The notes under the pieces were generated by a model that searched no databases, was not told the origin of the DNA, and was given only the letters and a program-made list of their open reading frames with translations. From Lama glama (lineage: Eukaryota): a stretch of 64,000 nt of DNA. The stretch is from NCBI GenBank assembly GCA_028534125.1, contig CM052817.1:71488001-71552000 (forward strand), read 5' to 3'. Positions 24,959 through 37,994 of the stretch are shown here, piece by piece (position 1 is the first letter of the stretch; the number at the start of each line of letters is the position of its first letter). Position numbers and translations under genes: made by a program.

Positions 24959-25380
24959 GTTTTTTTTTTGTTTTTTTTTTTTTTAGTACTCAAAGTTTTT
25001 CTTCTTAGCTTCCGGACTCTGTGCTTGTGCCTTCAACAACTTCACCAGATTTTCTGCTCCTCAATAAGGAAAGTGAGCTCGACCCTGTAACAGGCCCATT
25101 TAGCACACGTGAACCCGCCACAAGCCCCGCAGACACGTTTATTCGTTTCAGATAATAACCGCCTAAGGACTTAGCATCTCTCACATCTTACATCTCCTTG
25201 GCACATGCCACAGATGGATTTTGGTGCTTTTCTCGACCTTCTTGGTACAAAAGCAAACAATTCTATTACAAGGGGTTTGAGACAGCCTGGTTGTGTTAGA
25301 GGCTGGATTGCAGGGCAGCCTGTGAGGGTGTGTCAGGCTTGGGACCATGCTGAACGCCTCTAGACCCCATTCCTGGAAAG
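24959..25380 (-). pseudogene. RPL34: RPL34 (60S ribosomal protein eL34) processed pseudogene
   Basis: Minus strand from ATG at 25348 reads [40 protein letters not shown] /fs/ [11 protein letters not shown] /del/ [41 protein letters not shown] /fs/ VKLLKAQAQSPEAK. This aligns along the full length of RPL34 ([31 protein letters not shown]...[23 protein letters not shown]). Intronless, frameshifted, A-tail at ~24959-24984. Confidence 0.95.
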
Positions 25381-26479
25381 GCTTCCATTTCTTAAAATTA
25401 GTCTAAAAATGTAACCTCTAAACCTCCAAAATAAGTGATCAGAAAACCTGTTTATATAGCTTTAGTAGAAAAGAACTGGTAATATCCATTCTTTAGCAGA
25501 GTAAATCCTATAATTATCTCGGTTATTCATTTGCTTGTTCAGGAATCAGGAATGCTGACTGAATTCTTGCTAAAGTTTTTAAGCGTCAAAAAGATGACAT
25601 CCTTAAGCTCATGAAACCCACGTTCCAGAGGGAGAAGGAGCTAGTCACCAGAGGCTCTCCACCACCATCCTAGTAGTAGGATGTTACGCACAAAAAGCCA
25701 AGCACAACAGGTGGTCCAGGAGTGACAGGGCTCCATCAGGTGCGGTGGGCAGGGAAGGCCTCCCCCACAGTGAGTAGGAACATAGGATGGTGAGAGAGAA
25801 TGAATTTGACTTCACAACTGCTGTCTGGTTCTGGTCCTCACGGTATTCTCCTTCCTCTGGTACACCATCGCCGAGACCTCCCACATGCCAAGCCCCATCT
25901 GAAGCACATTTGGGGACAGAAGCATTAAATACACCCTTTCCTGCACTCAGCCTCTACTAACTAGCAGTAACTACCACACATGAAAGAACACGATCAGTCA
26001 TAATAGTCATTTAAAACATTGTGCTAAGTCAGCGGAGGGAGGGATTATGAGGCCGTAAGAGAACACAGCCTCCGGTAGGATTTGGGGTCTGGTAGGACTT
26101 GCACTGTGTCAGGGTAGGGAAGGGTGGGGATCAGGCATGGGACATCCAGAATGAAGGAAGGGTGTGAAACACGGGCTAGACGGTGCTCATCCAGAAACAG
26201 AGGATTAGTCCAGTTTGGCATAAGTGTTGTGTTTAACAATAGGGCAGAAGAGGGAGTTTGGGGACAGAACAGAGCAGGGCTTTGAATGCAGGCTAAAAAA
26301 ACATGAGGTCCTTCTTTTTACTTATATTCACTAATACAGCTGGAAAATAGAACCCAGGACACTCCTTTATTTTGCGGATGTACGACCAGGTGAGGGTAAG
26401 AGAATCACCTTAAGGCTATCAAGGAAGTCCCTGAAAATAATCTGCCTAACAAATGAGATGTTTTAATTCTGCAGAGTCC

Positions 26480-26700
26480 AGGTGACTTAGGACTCTTCAG
26501 GCGTGGTGCTAAGAATGCGACGCGGATTTCTCCGTCAGTGTTCACACCAGCTACACTAGGCGTGTGTCCCGCCTTCATTTCCAGATGGGGAAACTCAGCG
26601 AGGTGAAATCACTTGCCCAAGGCCGCCCGACAGGTAAGCGACCAAACTGGCCTCAGTCCAGAGCCAAGGTCAGCATCACGCAGGACCGAAACCGTAACTG
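26480..26700 (-). mobile_element. MIR SINE (unusually CpG-rich)
   Basis: catttccagatggggaaactcagcgaggtgaaatcacttgcccaaggcc is the antisense MIR core. Confidence 0.75.
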
Positions 26701-28774
26701 AACTAGCAAATCTGATGAGGAGGCAGAAACACAGGTAAGGAAGCTGAATATAAGTGCAGTTTGGGGTAGCAGGTAGTAGCCCAGGGAAGGAGGGAAGGCA
26801 CTGAAAATTCAAAATTTTAAAATGGATAAGCTGGGCAGCAGGTCAAGGCCTGATTGGCAAAGAAGCCAAGCGATGGAGGGACCGCCCTAGAGCGATCTCT
26901 TCCCTTCCTCCTCCTCCTCTGCTAACAACCCACCTCCATCAGGGGTGCCAGAAAAGAACAGTAATCGTCCATCCCCCGCCGAGGGTCTGGTCCACACCAG
27001 GTACCAGAGACAACTTAAAATTTAGAGAAGAGCCATAAAGATGAACAAAGGGTCAACACATTAGATCTGTGAAGCATTATCAACGGCAACCAGAAAGAGA
27101 GAAGGTGGACCATAATTTTATCTGAGGTTTTTTCCAAGAATTAACCGCTGCCTTCTTTAGTCTCACAAGAAGAACTTCAATTAGATGTAAAACAGTGAGT
27201 ATAGTTGGAAAATGAACTTTTCTTCTAAACTTGGATAGGTGGTTAGGATGTTCATTTAATCAATCTATTGACCAACGATAATAAAAATGATTAAGTCTGG
27301 GTTAACATGAAAGATACCTACAGCACGCTCTTTAAAGTAGTGACCACAGAGACATACATTCACAAACCGCATGCACCCCTTCAGAAAATGTAGCTCAACG
27401 CTTTCTTGTTTCTGTTAATGCTGTCTCAGAGGATTCTAGGTATCTGAAATTCTAAGTGTTATTTTGGTCTCAGTTTTCTAGATGAGCATCTCAAATTCCC
27501 ATTCCACTTTTTGGCAGGCCATGAATGACCTCAGATGTTTTCCCTGGAGCTGGGAATCCTGCATTAGGAATAGATACATAAATGTAATACTTCAAGTTTC
27601 ATATTTAAGTTGAATTGATGGTAAAGTTCAAGGCTGTGCTGATAGTTCTGGGTAGAATTCCCGTAACAGTAGGTTTGCCTTTAGTAAAAGGTTCACTTTA
27701 TACTGAATGCCTTATTGAAGACATTAGAAATGTGTAAGTAGGAATAAGGAAAGTTTGTCCTACCATAAACCAAGCTAGGACTGATTATTTATTCCACTGA
27801 CTGATAGACAGTCACCTAAATTAGACCAATCAGCACTTCCTCAAACTGAATTAAAGACTGGAGAGGCAGTCTTCCCATCAGTTGGTGAATATTTTTTTTC
27901 TTTACCCAGAATAATTCTGTAGGATCGGCCAGTGACCCCTAATTATACCAGCTGCACCCAATAACCACACGAACAACAATTTACTCTCTGAACAGCATCT
28001 TATCCCCTGAATAGCTGGCTGATGGTCAGCTGTAGTTTTTGAGTTTTACCTCTGTGGTTTCAGATCCTCAAATGTTTATTTGCAAAGCTGCTGTTTGAGG
28101 CTAAATTGACGAACAAAGTCAGCAGCTAAATGACAACCACGCCATGTCCACCTCTATCCTAACAGACAGCAGAGATAAATAGGGGTAGGGGAAGATGGAA
28201 ACAGTAGAAAAGGAGAAGAAACAGAGGTCTGAAAAGAAAACTTTATTGCAGAAACCTCCAGTTCTTTGGGACTGTCATTTAAAGAGCTGTGGAATTCACA
28301 TAAACGCAGAATTACTCCCTTTCTTCTTGCCTGCTTGGAAAGCCAAGGGCACCGTGGTGATAAGTACACATGTCAAAGCCTGGCACGAAGAATGGTACCT
28401 TTGGAAGTTTTATGATCTGGTGTTATAGGTCAAGAAATATAGTAAAACTAATTTCTTTGGTTTTCTTAGAAGGCTTGAAATCAGCAGAACTTTAGACTAG
28501 ACTTTTGGGTTAATATGAGTCAATTTTAGTTCCTTCCAGCACTAGAATTTGGTGATTCTTTGACTCTGAGCCTGGATTAAATCCATCTTGGTTGAATATA
28601 AGCCTGGATTACTGACTGGCTGCCTTTAGCGATTTTGCACTCTATGGCTTCCTGTTAAGAAGTTTACCACTGTGACTAACTTTCTCTGGGGCAAAGTTGG
28701 AAAGCAGAGGTTAAAGTCAATCTGAAAGAGCAAACAAATTCACCTTCTACTACCTGGTGAGAAGGACGTTTTCA

Positions 28775-29227
28775 GTTTCCAAACTAAACTTGGGTCCGCT
28801 GACCTGTGCGCAGTGAAGCCAACCCGCTGACACCGGGTTGTGGCGAAGGAAAGGGCAGCACTTACTGAAGGATGCTGTACGAGGAAGGGCGTCCGAGGCA
28901 GCTAATGCTCGAAAAGCCTGCCAGTGCGCAGCAGAGCACTTTTAAAGGCAAACTGAGGTGGGGCGTCCCAGGAGCTCGTGCACAATTCTCTGATTGGTTG
29001 ATGGTCAGGTAACAGGAGGTAACAATATTAATCATCAGACTAGGTCTGGGATTTGTGTGCTCACTGTCATCAAGCAGTTAATTTCTTCCACTTGGTAGTG
29101 GTTTTAGCATTTGTAAAACTCAGGAAATGCGCATCAGATTCTATTATGCAGGTACTTCAGAGAGGTGCTAAGGATATGGGGGAGGGGTCTGTCCCTGGAA
29201 GGCCACATAGGGTCCTGCTGAGTTACA
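28775..29227 (-). mobile_element. ERV1-type solo LTR
   Basis: Ends gttaca (TGTAAC start on minus strand); aaacttgggtccgct...aagccaacccgctgacaccgggttgtggcgaaggaaag at the other end; CCAAT box (ctgattggtt). Confidence 0.75.
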
Positions 29228-30109
29228 TTATGAAGCATTAGCATCGTCCAAGGTTTTTTAGAAGTTATTTTGACTTTACTGAAGATCTTATTATACGCAC
29301 GTCAGTTAGGCTTATGCTTCTAGTAAGTGTACCTAAATTAAATAGTTAAAAGCTAATAGTCATTATGAATAGATTTCTCTCATTTATCAACAGAATCTAT
29401 TTTTTAACCGTACAGTAATAATAGTAATGAGACCATAAATTTGGTGCTTTGCAATTCACAGAACACTTTTATTAACATTACATAGATTCCTCAGCAACCC
29501 ACTCTGAGACAATAACAAATTTGTGGAACAAACACAATTGGCAGTGGGCTCACAGATGCCTAGAATTCCCAGGCAGCCAGCTGCATGTGCTCCCTTTTCA
29601 TTAATTTCAAAATAACAAGACTGCAGACTCATTTATATAACTGTGGTAGGTTTTAACTGCATGCCGCGTATCACCAACATTATTCCAATGACAAGAAATT
29701 ATTGCCTTTTCAAGGTAAAAAAATAAAATTAAATTAAATGGAGGCCCTTAGAGGCTCTTAAGAAAAGAAGTTACTAAAAATAGCAGATCTACAATTAGAG
29801 TGAGTACAATTCTTTCCTTCATCCCATAGCTTCTGCCAAGTCATTACAAAAATGCATGGAGTGATTCTTACTCCTTGTCGCTTGGGCTTCTCAAGAGTGG
29901 TAGCCCATTTTAGTAATACAACATGCTCTGTAATTTACTACTGAGAAAACTGCTACTAGAAATTGACTAGTAAATTTTAATTTGGTAAAACATACCCAAT
30001 AATAAAAGTCAAACAGCAACCTTCTCTTTCTTCATGGCCTCATGATTGTAAAGCAAGCTATTTTATAATGCTTGTGGATTTGTGCGAATGATATAAACAT
30101 CTTGCTAAT

Positions 30110-30500
30110 TCCACAATACTCACTGGAACCTGTCACCTGCCAGACCTTATGCTAAATGATGGATACACAGTACTGAAAAAAATGGTCACTGCGGTAAGCC
30201 TCACAGAGCTTGTTCTGTTGAGTAGGGGAAGACAGACCAACAAATAGGTAAAAACAACCCACTGTAGTGTGTTTTGAAAGAAAACTAAAAAGTACTGGGA
30301 GAGATGATGTTCGACGGTGGGGAGTTCTTTTAGATGGAGAATGAGTATAATCAGGAGAGTTGGCACATAAATTGAGATCACAAAAATGAGAAAGAGCTGG
30401 CCTTGACAACAATGGAAGAACATTCCAGAGAGAAGGAATTGCATACTGAGAAGTTTGAAAAGTAGGTTTTGGTTTGTGTAAGGGGTGATTAACAGTCATT
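30110..30500 (-). mobile_element. L2 fragment
   Basis: gccagaccttatgctaaatgatggatacacagtac...cattccagagagaaggaattgcatac. Confidence 0.65.
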
Positions 30501-32904
30501 GTGTGGGTAGGACCAGTCAGGTGGATAAGAACAGAGTCTGAAACTGAGCATAGGTGCTCTTAACTGCCCCCAGGTACCTGCTTCCCCACCACCTGACTTC
30601 GATCAACTTCCACTTGAGTAACTGCATTATAATCCAGAAACTATCACAGGTTAAAGATATTAAGCTAAAAATAATATCAATAGACTACTTAAACCAAGGA
30701 CACAATTTTCCATCTTTTTAATGAAGTTTGCATTGTTCCATCAGTATAAATATAATTACAGATACTGATACAGATACAAGGATGGATAGATAGATACAGA
30801 TACACATTTCTATGATTCTAGAAGGAAGTATTCTCTCAAGCAAAAGGTGGGAGGGTAGGGAAATTTAACTTGTAAATTTTAAGGAAAAAAAGTGAGATTA
30901 TGAGGACTTTTACTGTATACTTTTTCAATTAAGAAAGTAGACAAAATGAAAAAACAATTTTTTTTTTTTATGAAAGCCTGGTTTTAAGAAGAATTTCAGC
31001 TGGTTAAATTTAGGAAGCTGAAAAAAAAAAAGTCGAATCCAAGAATGTTCTCTGGACCTGAGCCTAATGCATTTTTATTTGAATGAGAATTGGATATACA
31101 TTCTCCAATTGGGCTTTGGGCTCTGGGCTGTCAATATTGTACTTTTCAGAGACAGACAGACATGTGTAGACAGTCACAGTGACCTCAGTATCACTGCTTC
31201 CCTGATTTAAATCTAGCTTCTTTCCAAAGTATTTTTGCCTGTTAAAGACGACCTTTATTTTGGCTTACAGACACATTTTTTAGAGAATAACCATGCACAT
31301 AAAATTTTTTCCTTTTGCTCTGCTGGATCTGGACTTTTTCTCTTATATGTCTACTCTCTGTCTCTTTTTGGAAGTGATTTGGAAGCAAAGAAGAGGGTGG
31401 CTATATAGTTGATTCAACTCTTCCTACCAATAAAGTGCTTTAACTTGTAAGTTTTAAGTGGAAGCGAACTTTATTTGTCTAAGTATTTTTCAGGTTCTTT
31501 AACTCTAGCCGCCTTCCCAAGTCAACGAAACCTGTCATTCAGCTGGTAACACTAACAATACTGCAACAATTTCTATCCTGGCTGAATTTTCATAGCAAAG
31601 AATCTCAACATTTACCAAGTGGTTACAAACTGTTTTGTCACATCTTTGTCCCGTCCCTTCCCTTCTGTGGCAGAACAGTTTACTTAACCTGCTCCTTTAA
31701 GTACTTATTAAACACCTTCGGGGATGGAGGATGGTTCTGTCACCCTGTGGTGTTCCCTATACTAACCTGGGGTAATCATCTGTGACTTCCCTAGTCCCTG
31801 GCTGCCATGGATGGGGCTGACTCACTTGCCCTCTCCCTTGGGGAGTACTTCTCCTGTGTCCTTTATTCCCCATGCAACTTTGGAGATAGACAGGGCTAGC
31901 CCTTTTCTAGAAGCTCCAAACTTGATTTTGCGTTTCACAGAAAGGTGGAGAAGTTGTGTCTCCGCACCCCGCCCTGCCCCTCCTACCTTTTTCTCTCCAG
32001 CAGAAGATGAAGCCAGAGGAAGCCTGTACTTGCACTCAGTCTGTATTTCTGCAATTGATCAGCTGCTTCCTGCTCCTCACTTCTAAGCTTTTGTGCACTC
32101 AAGTATCAAATCTGGACCAATCTCTACCACTTACTCTGCTAAAGAGAACAAACATCAAGTCTGAGGGTCTAGAGCTTTTCAACTGTCTAGATGGTTTTCT
32201 GCCTTCAGTTCTGTGCACTTTTTAATTGCAACCCAGAGACAATATTTATTATGAATTACTACAGTTATCAACAGATACTCAAAGTTTTAGCAATATCTGA
32301 ATGACACTGAGCATGTCCTTGTGGCCAAGTACCTTCCATGACTACTTGTTAATTGCAAACAAGTAGAATGCTTTTTAATGAATATATTAAAGTCTTCAAG
32401 AAGTACCTACAGTTTAACAAAATATGAATAACTCTATGCATAAAGGTCACCTCTTGGACACTATAAAAATACCACAGTAAATTCTTCTATAATGACTAGT
32501 TGTTCTAATGTTTCCTAGATAACCTCTTTGATTATAATTTTAACAGCTAACATGTAAAGGGACATTCCACAACAACTTACTGAGAGTCGGTAACAGCAGT
32601 AGCACACGCTCCAGGCCCTATGAAGAATGCAAAGCCTTAGATTCTTTTCTGCAAGTGGTTTGAGACCAGTTGAAGAGCTTACATTTTTGACTGAACAAAA
32701 CACTGACTTAAACTACTAAGTTCTATTATCCCCAAATTTACAGATTATTAAAATGTTTGCTTTTTTGATGGCTCATCGCCACAATGAAAATTTCTCATTC
32801 AAGTCATTTTCGTACCTCTTAGTTTTGGAAAAACTCAGTCCATGGAAGCTGATTCGCCCTGCTATGAGAATGATTGACTCAGTTCTCACTTTTAATTCTC
32901 TAAA

Positions 32905-33120
32905 GCTGCACGGTTCTGAGCCCTGGGGGCACATTAAAATTGCCTAGCCAGCTTTAAGAAATATATTATTTGAGAGGTTCCTCCTAGATACTCCTATCTG
33001 TCTGGGGTAAGGGAAACTGGTATTTTAAAAAAGCTGCCCAGCACATCTGACGGATATCCATGATGCATCTGAAGAATCCAATAAAAACAGTGTTTCCCTG
33101 GGACCACATACTCAGAAAAG
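32905..33120. mobile_element. MER5-like hAT fossil
   Basis: ggttctgagccctggggcacattaaaattgcct...ggtattttaaaaaagctgcccag...gggaccacatactcagaa. Confidence 0.5.
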
Positions 33121-34404
33121 GGTCTATCAGATGATCTGGAGGTGGGGGAGTGGAGGATCCGAAGAAGTACTATAGATGACTGGTAAGTACCCACATGGTC
33201 GGGAGTAGCCCTTATCTGGAGTCACTGTGATCCTTACAGAAGTATTTGGACTTTACTAGTACAGTATGAATTAGTGTTTTAGTAATATAAAATAACCTTG
33301 CAGTGCTTTGGAATTTCAGGCAGAAATTTTAAAACTACAAGAAACTCAGCTGGCATGGGAGAATATACTTTGCAACAGAATGACTAGAATATAGGTAGCT
33401 TAGCTCTGCTGTGGTATCTTCATGTCCCAAATTATCCATAAGCTGGTCCTGCACTTCTGATCATCTTCCTTTTGTCCACTTCTGAGCTAGCAACATGCCC
33501 CCAAATGACCGACATTTTTTCCAGGGGCTCACCTCCCAGCAGCTGTGGCAAGGGCTCTGGGAAAGTGCCTTGTAAGCCACGATTATCACCTGTCTGTGTC
33601 CGACCACTTATTATTGGTGGTACGATGGTCTCTTTCCAGCTTTTATCACATGCCAACGCCCTTTGTTTCGCAGCCCAGTAGAGTTGGCAGACAACCAAAA
33701 CAGAAACTCGATAAGATTAGAGAAGCACTCTGCTCCCTATACATTTCCTTCCTTTTTCATTCAGATATCATAAACTTACCGATTCTAAAATGAGTTGCCC
33801 TGATCTCTAACAGAAATAGAAGGAAGTTTTGATACTCAAAGATACTTCCTGATTGAATTCTCAAAATGGGTATTATCATTCCCATACTAACAGCTTTTTT
33901 TTTTTAACTTTTTAATCACAAAATAAGTTATCACATTCCCAGAATTACTACTTCTGCCATGGCAAGTGGGGAATGCATGTCTCAGTGGGCTGTGATGTAG
34001 CATCACAGAGCTGCCTACACTCACTCACCTGGGAAACAGCTTACTCAGTCTGGAGAATTTCATCCCAGAGAAACAGTCAGTTGTTGGATACAAACAGTTT
34101 AAGCTGTGAATTTACCTATTTTCTGCAAGTTTCTTGTATGGTTATTGTATCTTTTTAAAAAAAATTTATCGCTAAGTGAAAGGAGCTTCCACATAATCTA
34201 CTGTATTGATGTTATCAAATCAGGAACATCGATGAGGATGAGGAAACGGGCTCAGTGCTTACTGGACCCATGTGGTGTATAGACTGGAGGTGATGCTGCT
34301 AGAATTCACTGTTGAGTTACTCTCTTCTTACTTTTTCCCAGGCTTATGTTTAACAGCATGGAACTTGACTTCAAAACCAAAAGCTTTTGATTTCCATGTG
34401 TGTG

Positions 34405-34494
34405 TTTTTTTTAAAATGGTGGTACTGGGGATTGAACCCAGGACTTCGTGTATGCTAAGCATGTGCTCTACCACTGAGCTATACCCTCACCCCC
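34405..34494 (-). mobile_element. tRNA-Ala-derived SINE (short, vic-1-like)
   Basis: Reverse complement gagggtatagctcagtggtagagcacatgcttagcatacacgaagtcctgggttcaatccccagtacc; TSD-like atgtgtgtgtttt / atgtgtatgtttt. Confidence 0.9.
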
Positions 34495-34649
34495 ATTATG
34501 TGTATGTTTTAAGACTATTGACTTCATTTCTAGTTTTTACTCCAGGTTTATTTTTTTTTGCTTTCTGTTTGTTTTTCGCTTTTTAAATAAAGTCCTCTGT
34601 CATGCAGACTGCGTAGTAAATTCTAAGGGTGACTCTCACTGTGAAAAAA

Positions 34650-35293
34650 CAGTAATCCTCCCTTACCCGCAGTTTCGCTTTCTAAGGTTTCAGTTAACTG
34701 TGGTCAACAAATATTTTTTACAAAACTGTTAAATAGAAAATTCCAGAAATAAACAATTCATAAGTTTTAAATTGTGTGTGCCATTCTGAGCTGGCATGAT
34801 GAAACCTCAGCGCCATCTCATTCCATCCTGCCCAAGACCCCCAACCATCCACATCATCGGCCCCTGACATCCAGTCATCAGCATCGTCATGGCCCCATGA
34901 CCCAAGATCACCTGAAGCAGAAGACCCTCCCTCTGACTTAGCATCACTACTGTGGCAGCCCCGCGCTGCCTCACGATGCCTGTGTCATTCACTTCACTGC
35001 CTCTCATCACGTGGGCATCGTGTCACATCACATCACCACAAGAAGGGTAAGTACGGTACAATGAGATATTTGGGAGACACAGAGAGACCACATTCACGTA
35101 ACTTCTTTAACGTACATTGTAGACTGTTCTCTTTTATTATTAGTTATTGTGCTTAATTTATCAATTGAGCTTTATCATAGGTATGTATGTATAAGAAAAA
35201 ACATAGTATATGTAGGATACGGTACTATCCGAGTTTTCAGGCACCCACCGGGAGTGTTAGGACATATCCCCTGCAGATGAGGGGGAGCCACTG
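34650..35293 (+). mobile_element. MER44-type Tigger (TcMar) non-autonomous transposon
   Basis: TIRs cagtaatcctcccttacccgcag / ctgcagatgagggggagccactg, TA at right flank, internal aaaattccagaaataaacaattcataagttttaaattg. Confidence 0.88.
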
Positions 35294-36335
35294 TAATTTC
35301 CCTATCAATTTGGTGGCACATGATTGACATTCCATTCCTCTCATGAACTAGAACTCAACAATGCATCAGACACACGGGTGGGTGGTCTCATGTCTGACTG
35401 TCAGCCCGTCTTCCAGCTGCAGAAATGTCATTCATTTCTGGGATCTTTGCAGTCCAAGAACTTCACCCTGGACAGCCTGCCCTTCACTAACTGTCAGTAA
35501 TGTCTTGGGTTATAGAAATCCGCCTGACCTGTTTAACAGGATTTAACAGGGTTAATCTTGCTCTCATTCTAACTAGAATTTATGAACATTGCTTACATTC
35601 CTAGCTATGACTGTCTAAGCTGTGGAATGCCTGCTGTTTGATGTAATCAGCCTACTCATTTAGTCTGCCTAAGACTTTTTTTGGACACACAGTTACATGA
35701 GTTAATAACCATGGAGTTCAAATCTCCAACAGTAAGAATGAACTCTTGCGCTCTTGAGAGTCCAACTGGTCCTTCCTCCTTCAGGTAGATCATGGCATTT
35801 TTCTCATACCGAATAGGTAAATGACATAATGACTGCCTTCTAGTTAATTCTTTTTCATATTACTTGGCTGGGAGTGTTTTGGCTGTGTTGCCATTTTTTC
35901 CATTTATCACCAATACTATAGCATACTGATTCTTCAGGATAACTCATCTTTAAATTGTGATTTTTTACACTTTGAAGAAGTTATTAATTATACCAATGCT
36001 CAATCTTCTAAACATATTATTATGGCTTGCTGATTATCCTTCCTCGACCTTCCCCTCCACCTTTCTGCCTGCACAGAATGGCCTGTCCCTTTGTCAAGTT
36101 CCTAGACCCTTAAATTAATTATAAGCTAATTAATAGACTATCTCTGTACCATGTACCTATCAAGTTGGTAGTTACTGTAGGCTGGACCATAATATTATAT
36201 CAGGACATCAAACTTCTAATTCCAGGATCTGGTGCATCATTAAAAAACAAAACAAACAACCTCTTTTGACATTGCTAGACGTGGCAAATCTCACCAATGT
36301 CAGCTCAAATAAATAGAAGTGAAATTTTCATGCAG

Positions 36336-36577
36336 ACTAGACTCCAGTGCTGTTTTTCATTTACCTTTACAATATTTTTTTCTATGAATACAATATATAT
36401 GACACAAGTTTTCCAATCACTTCATTCGCTCAATTATTCTTTAATGGGACTTCTGAATCTGTGGATAAGGTCAAAAATTTCATGTTCTGATTTCATGCTT
36501 TACATTTGTAGAGTAAATGCAAACCAGGTTCAGAAGAAAAGGGTAGGGTTGTACAGGAATAACCCATCCCAAGAAAT
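36336..36577 (+). repeat. Local diverged duplication, copy 1
   Basis: Collinear similarity with 37995-38397, including an identical 24-mer ctgaatctgtggataaggtcaaaa. Confidence 0.9.
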
Positions 36578-36781
36578 CTCAGCCATTTCTTAGGAGGACA
36601 AAGAGCTTTGCTCCTCAAAGGGTAGTGACAACCAGCATCATCTAAGATTAAGAATCTGTATTTCTAAATACTGACTTCCTGAAAAAGAGTTCTCATTTAT
36701 TAGGATTCCTCCGGTGATTTGGATGCACATCAAAGTTTGAGCAACAGTGTAGTAGAAAGTTTAGTTCTCTATCAAGAAAAC

Positions 36782-37065
36782 TGGGAGTTCAAGATTTGCA
36801 GATACTAACTACTATATATAAAATAGATAAACAACACGTTTATACTAACTATATAGTACAGGGAACTATATTCAGTATCTTATAGTAACCTATAATGAAA
36901 AAGAATATGAAAGGGAATATCATGTATGTATATGTATGACTGAAACATTAAACTGTACACCAGAAATTGACACACACATTGTAAACTGACTATACTTCAA
37001 TTTAAAAGAGGTTAAAAGTTAAATAAAAATTAAATTGAATGAAAAGATGCAACTAAAAAAAAACA
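36782..37065 (+). mobile_element. L1 3' end fragment
   Basis: tgggagttcaagatttgcagatactaactactatatataaaatagataaac...gactatacttcaat + A-rich tail. Confidence 0.9.
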
Positions 37066-37994
37066 AAGGTAGTTCCCTGCACTTTGATTCCACCCCAACC
37101 CACAATCCTTATGTAGATACTTTTACAAGAAATGAGGGCCATAGGGAGTAGTTACGAATATTTCAGATATTGGAAAGGCTATCTTCCACTATAAATCAAT
37201 AGAATTGGCACAAAGCTTATAGTATATTCACATAGTACTATAATGGCATTAAGATTGTATTTGTTGACGTCCTTTTCCAATTTATTGATGACAAATGTGA
37301 ACACTTTATATTAATATCACTTTCCCCCAAGAGCACTTGCATCATCATCAGTGGAGTGATGAGCCTGAGAGTACAGGTGACTCAAGAAGCCATTTATCAG
37401 AAGTCAGCTATGGTGCTGCTCTATCCAAACTTACACAGGTACCTAATCTGCAGAAAGGATCTTAATGATACATAATGAGCCAGGATGGATGTAGTTACTG
37501 TCTCCCTGCTTGGGTGTTGCACAGGAGTCATGGCCAACAAAAGCGCCGTTTGTTAAGTAAGCAAGTCTTTAAACAGAGTCTCCTTGCTTTGAAGACCTGA
37601 ACTAATTCCAAATGGAACAACTGCAATCACTACGAAAAGGACGTCTGCCAAGAAATACATCAGTAAAGATGGAAATTCTAGCACTTTAAAAGAGCTAATT
37701 TTAGGTGCCAGAATCCATCAATTGTTGAAACTTTTCTCTCTCATGTTGTCATGAGGCACTGCCTCATTCCTTTTGGTCTGACTTGTACTCTCACTTTCAA
37801 CACAAGCTTCCAGAAGTGTATTAAAATGCTTATCTGAGAAGGCTGGTGCCCAGCAGGCCACAGTGTAAGAGAGTCCATGTCAGCTGGAGAAGGAATTTGG
37901 GGTGGTTCAAAGCAGAGGGAACGGGGGACTGGGCAGCAGACCAGGCAGACCGAAGAACAAAGGAGAGACAGAGAAGCAGTGCGAGGTGGTTCCA

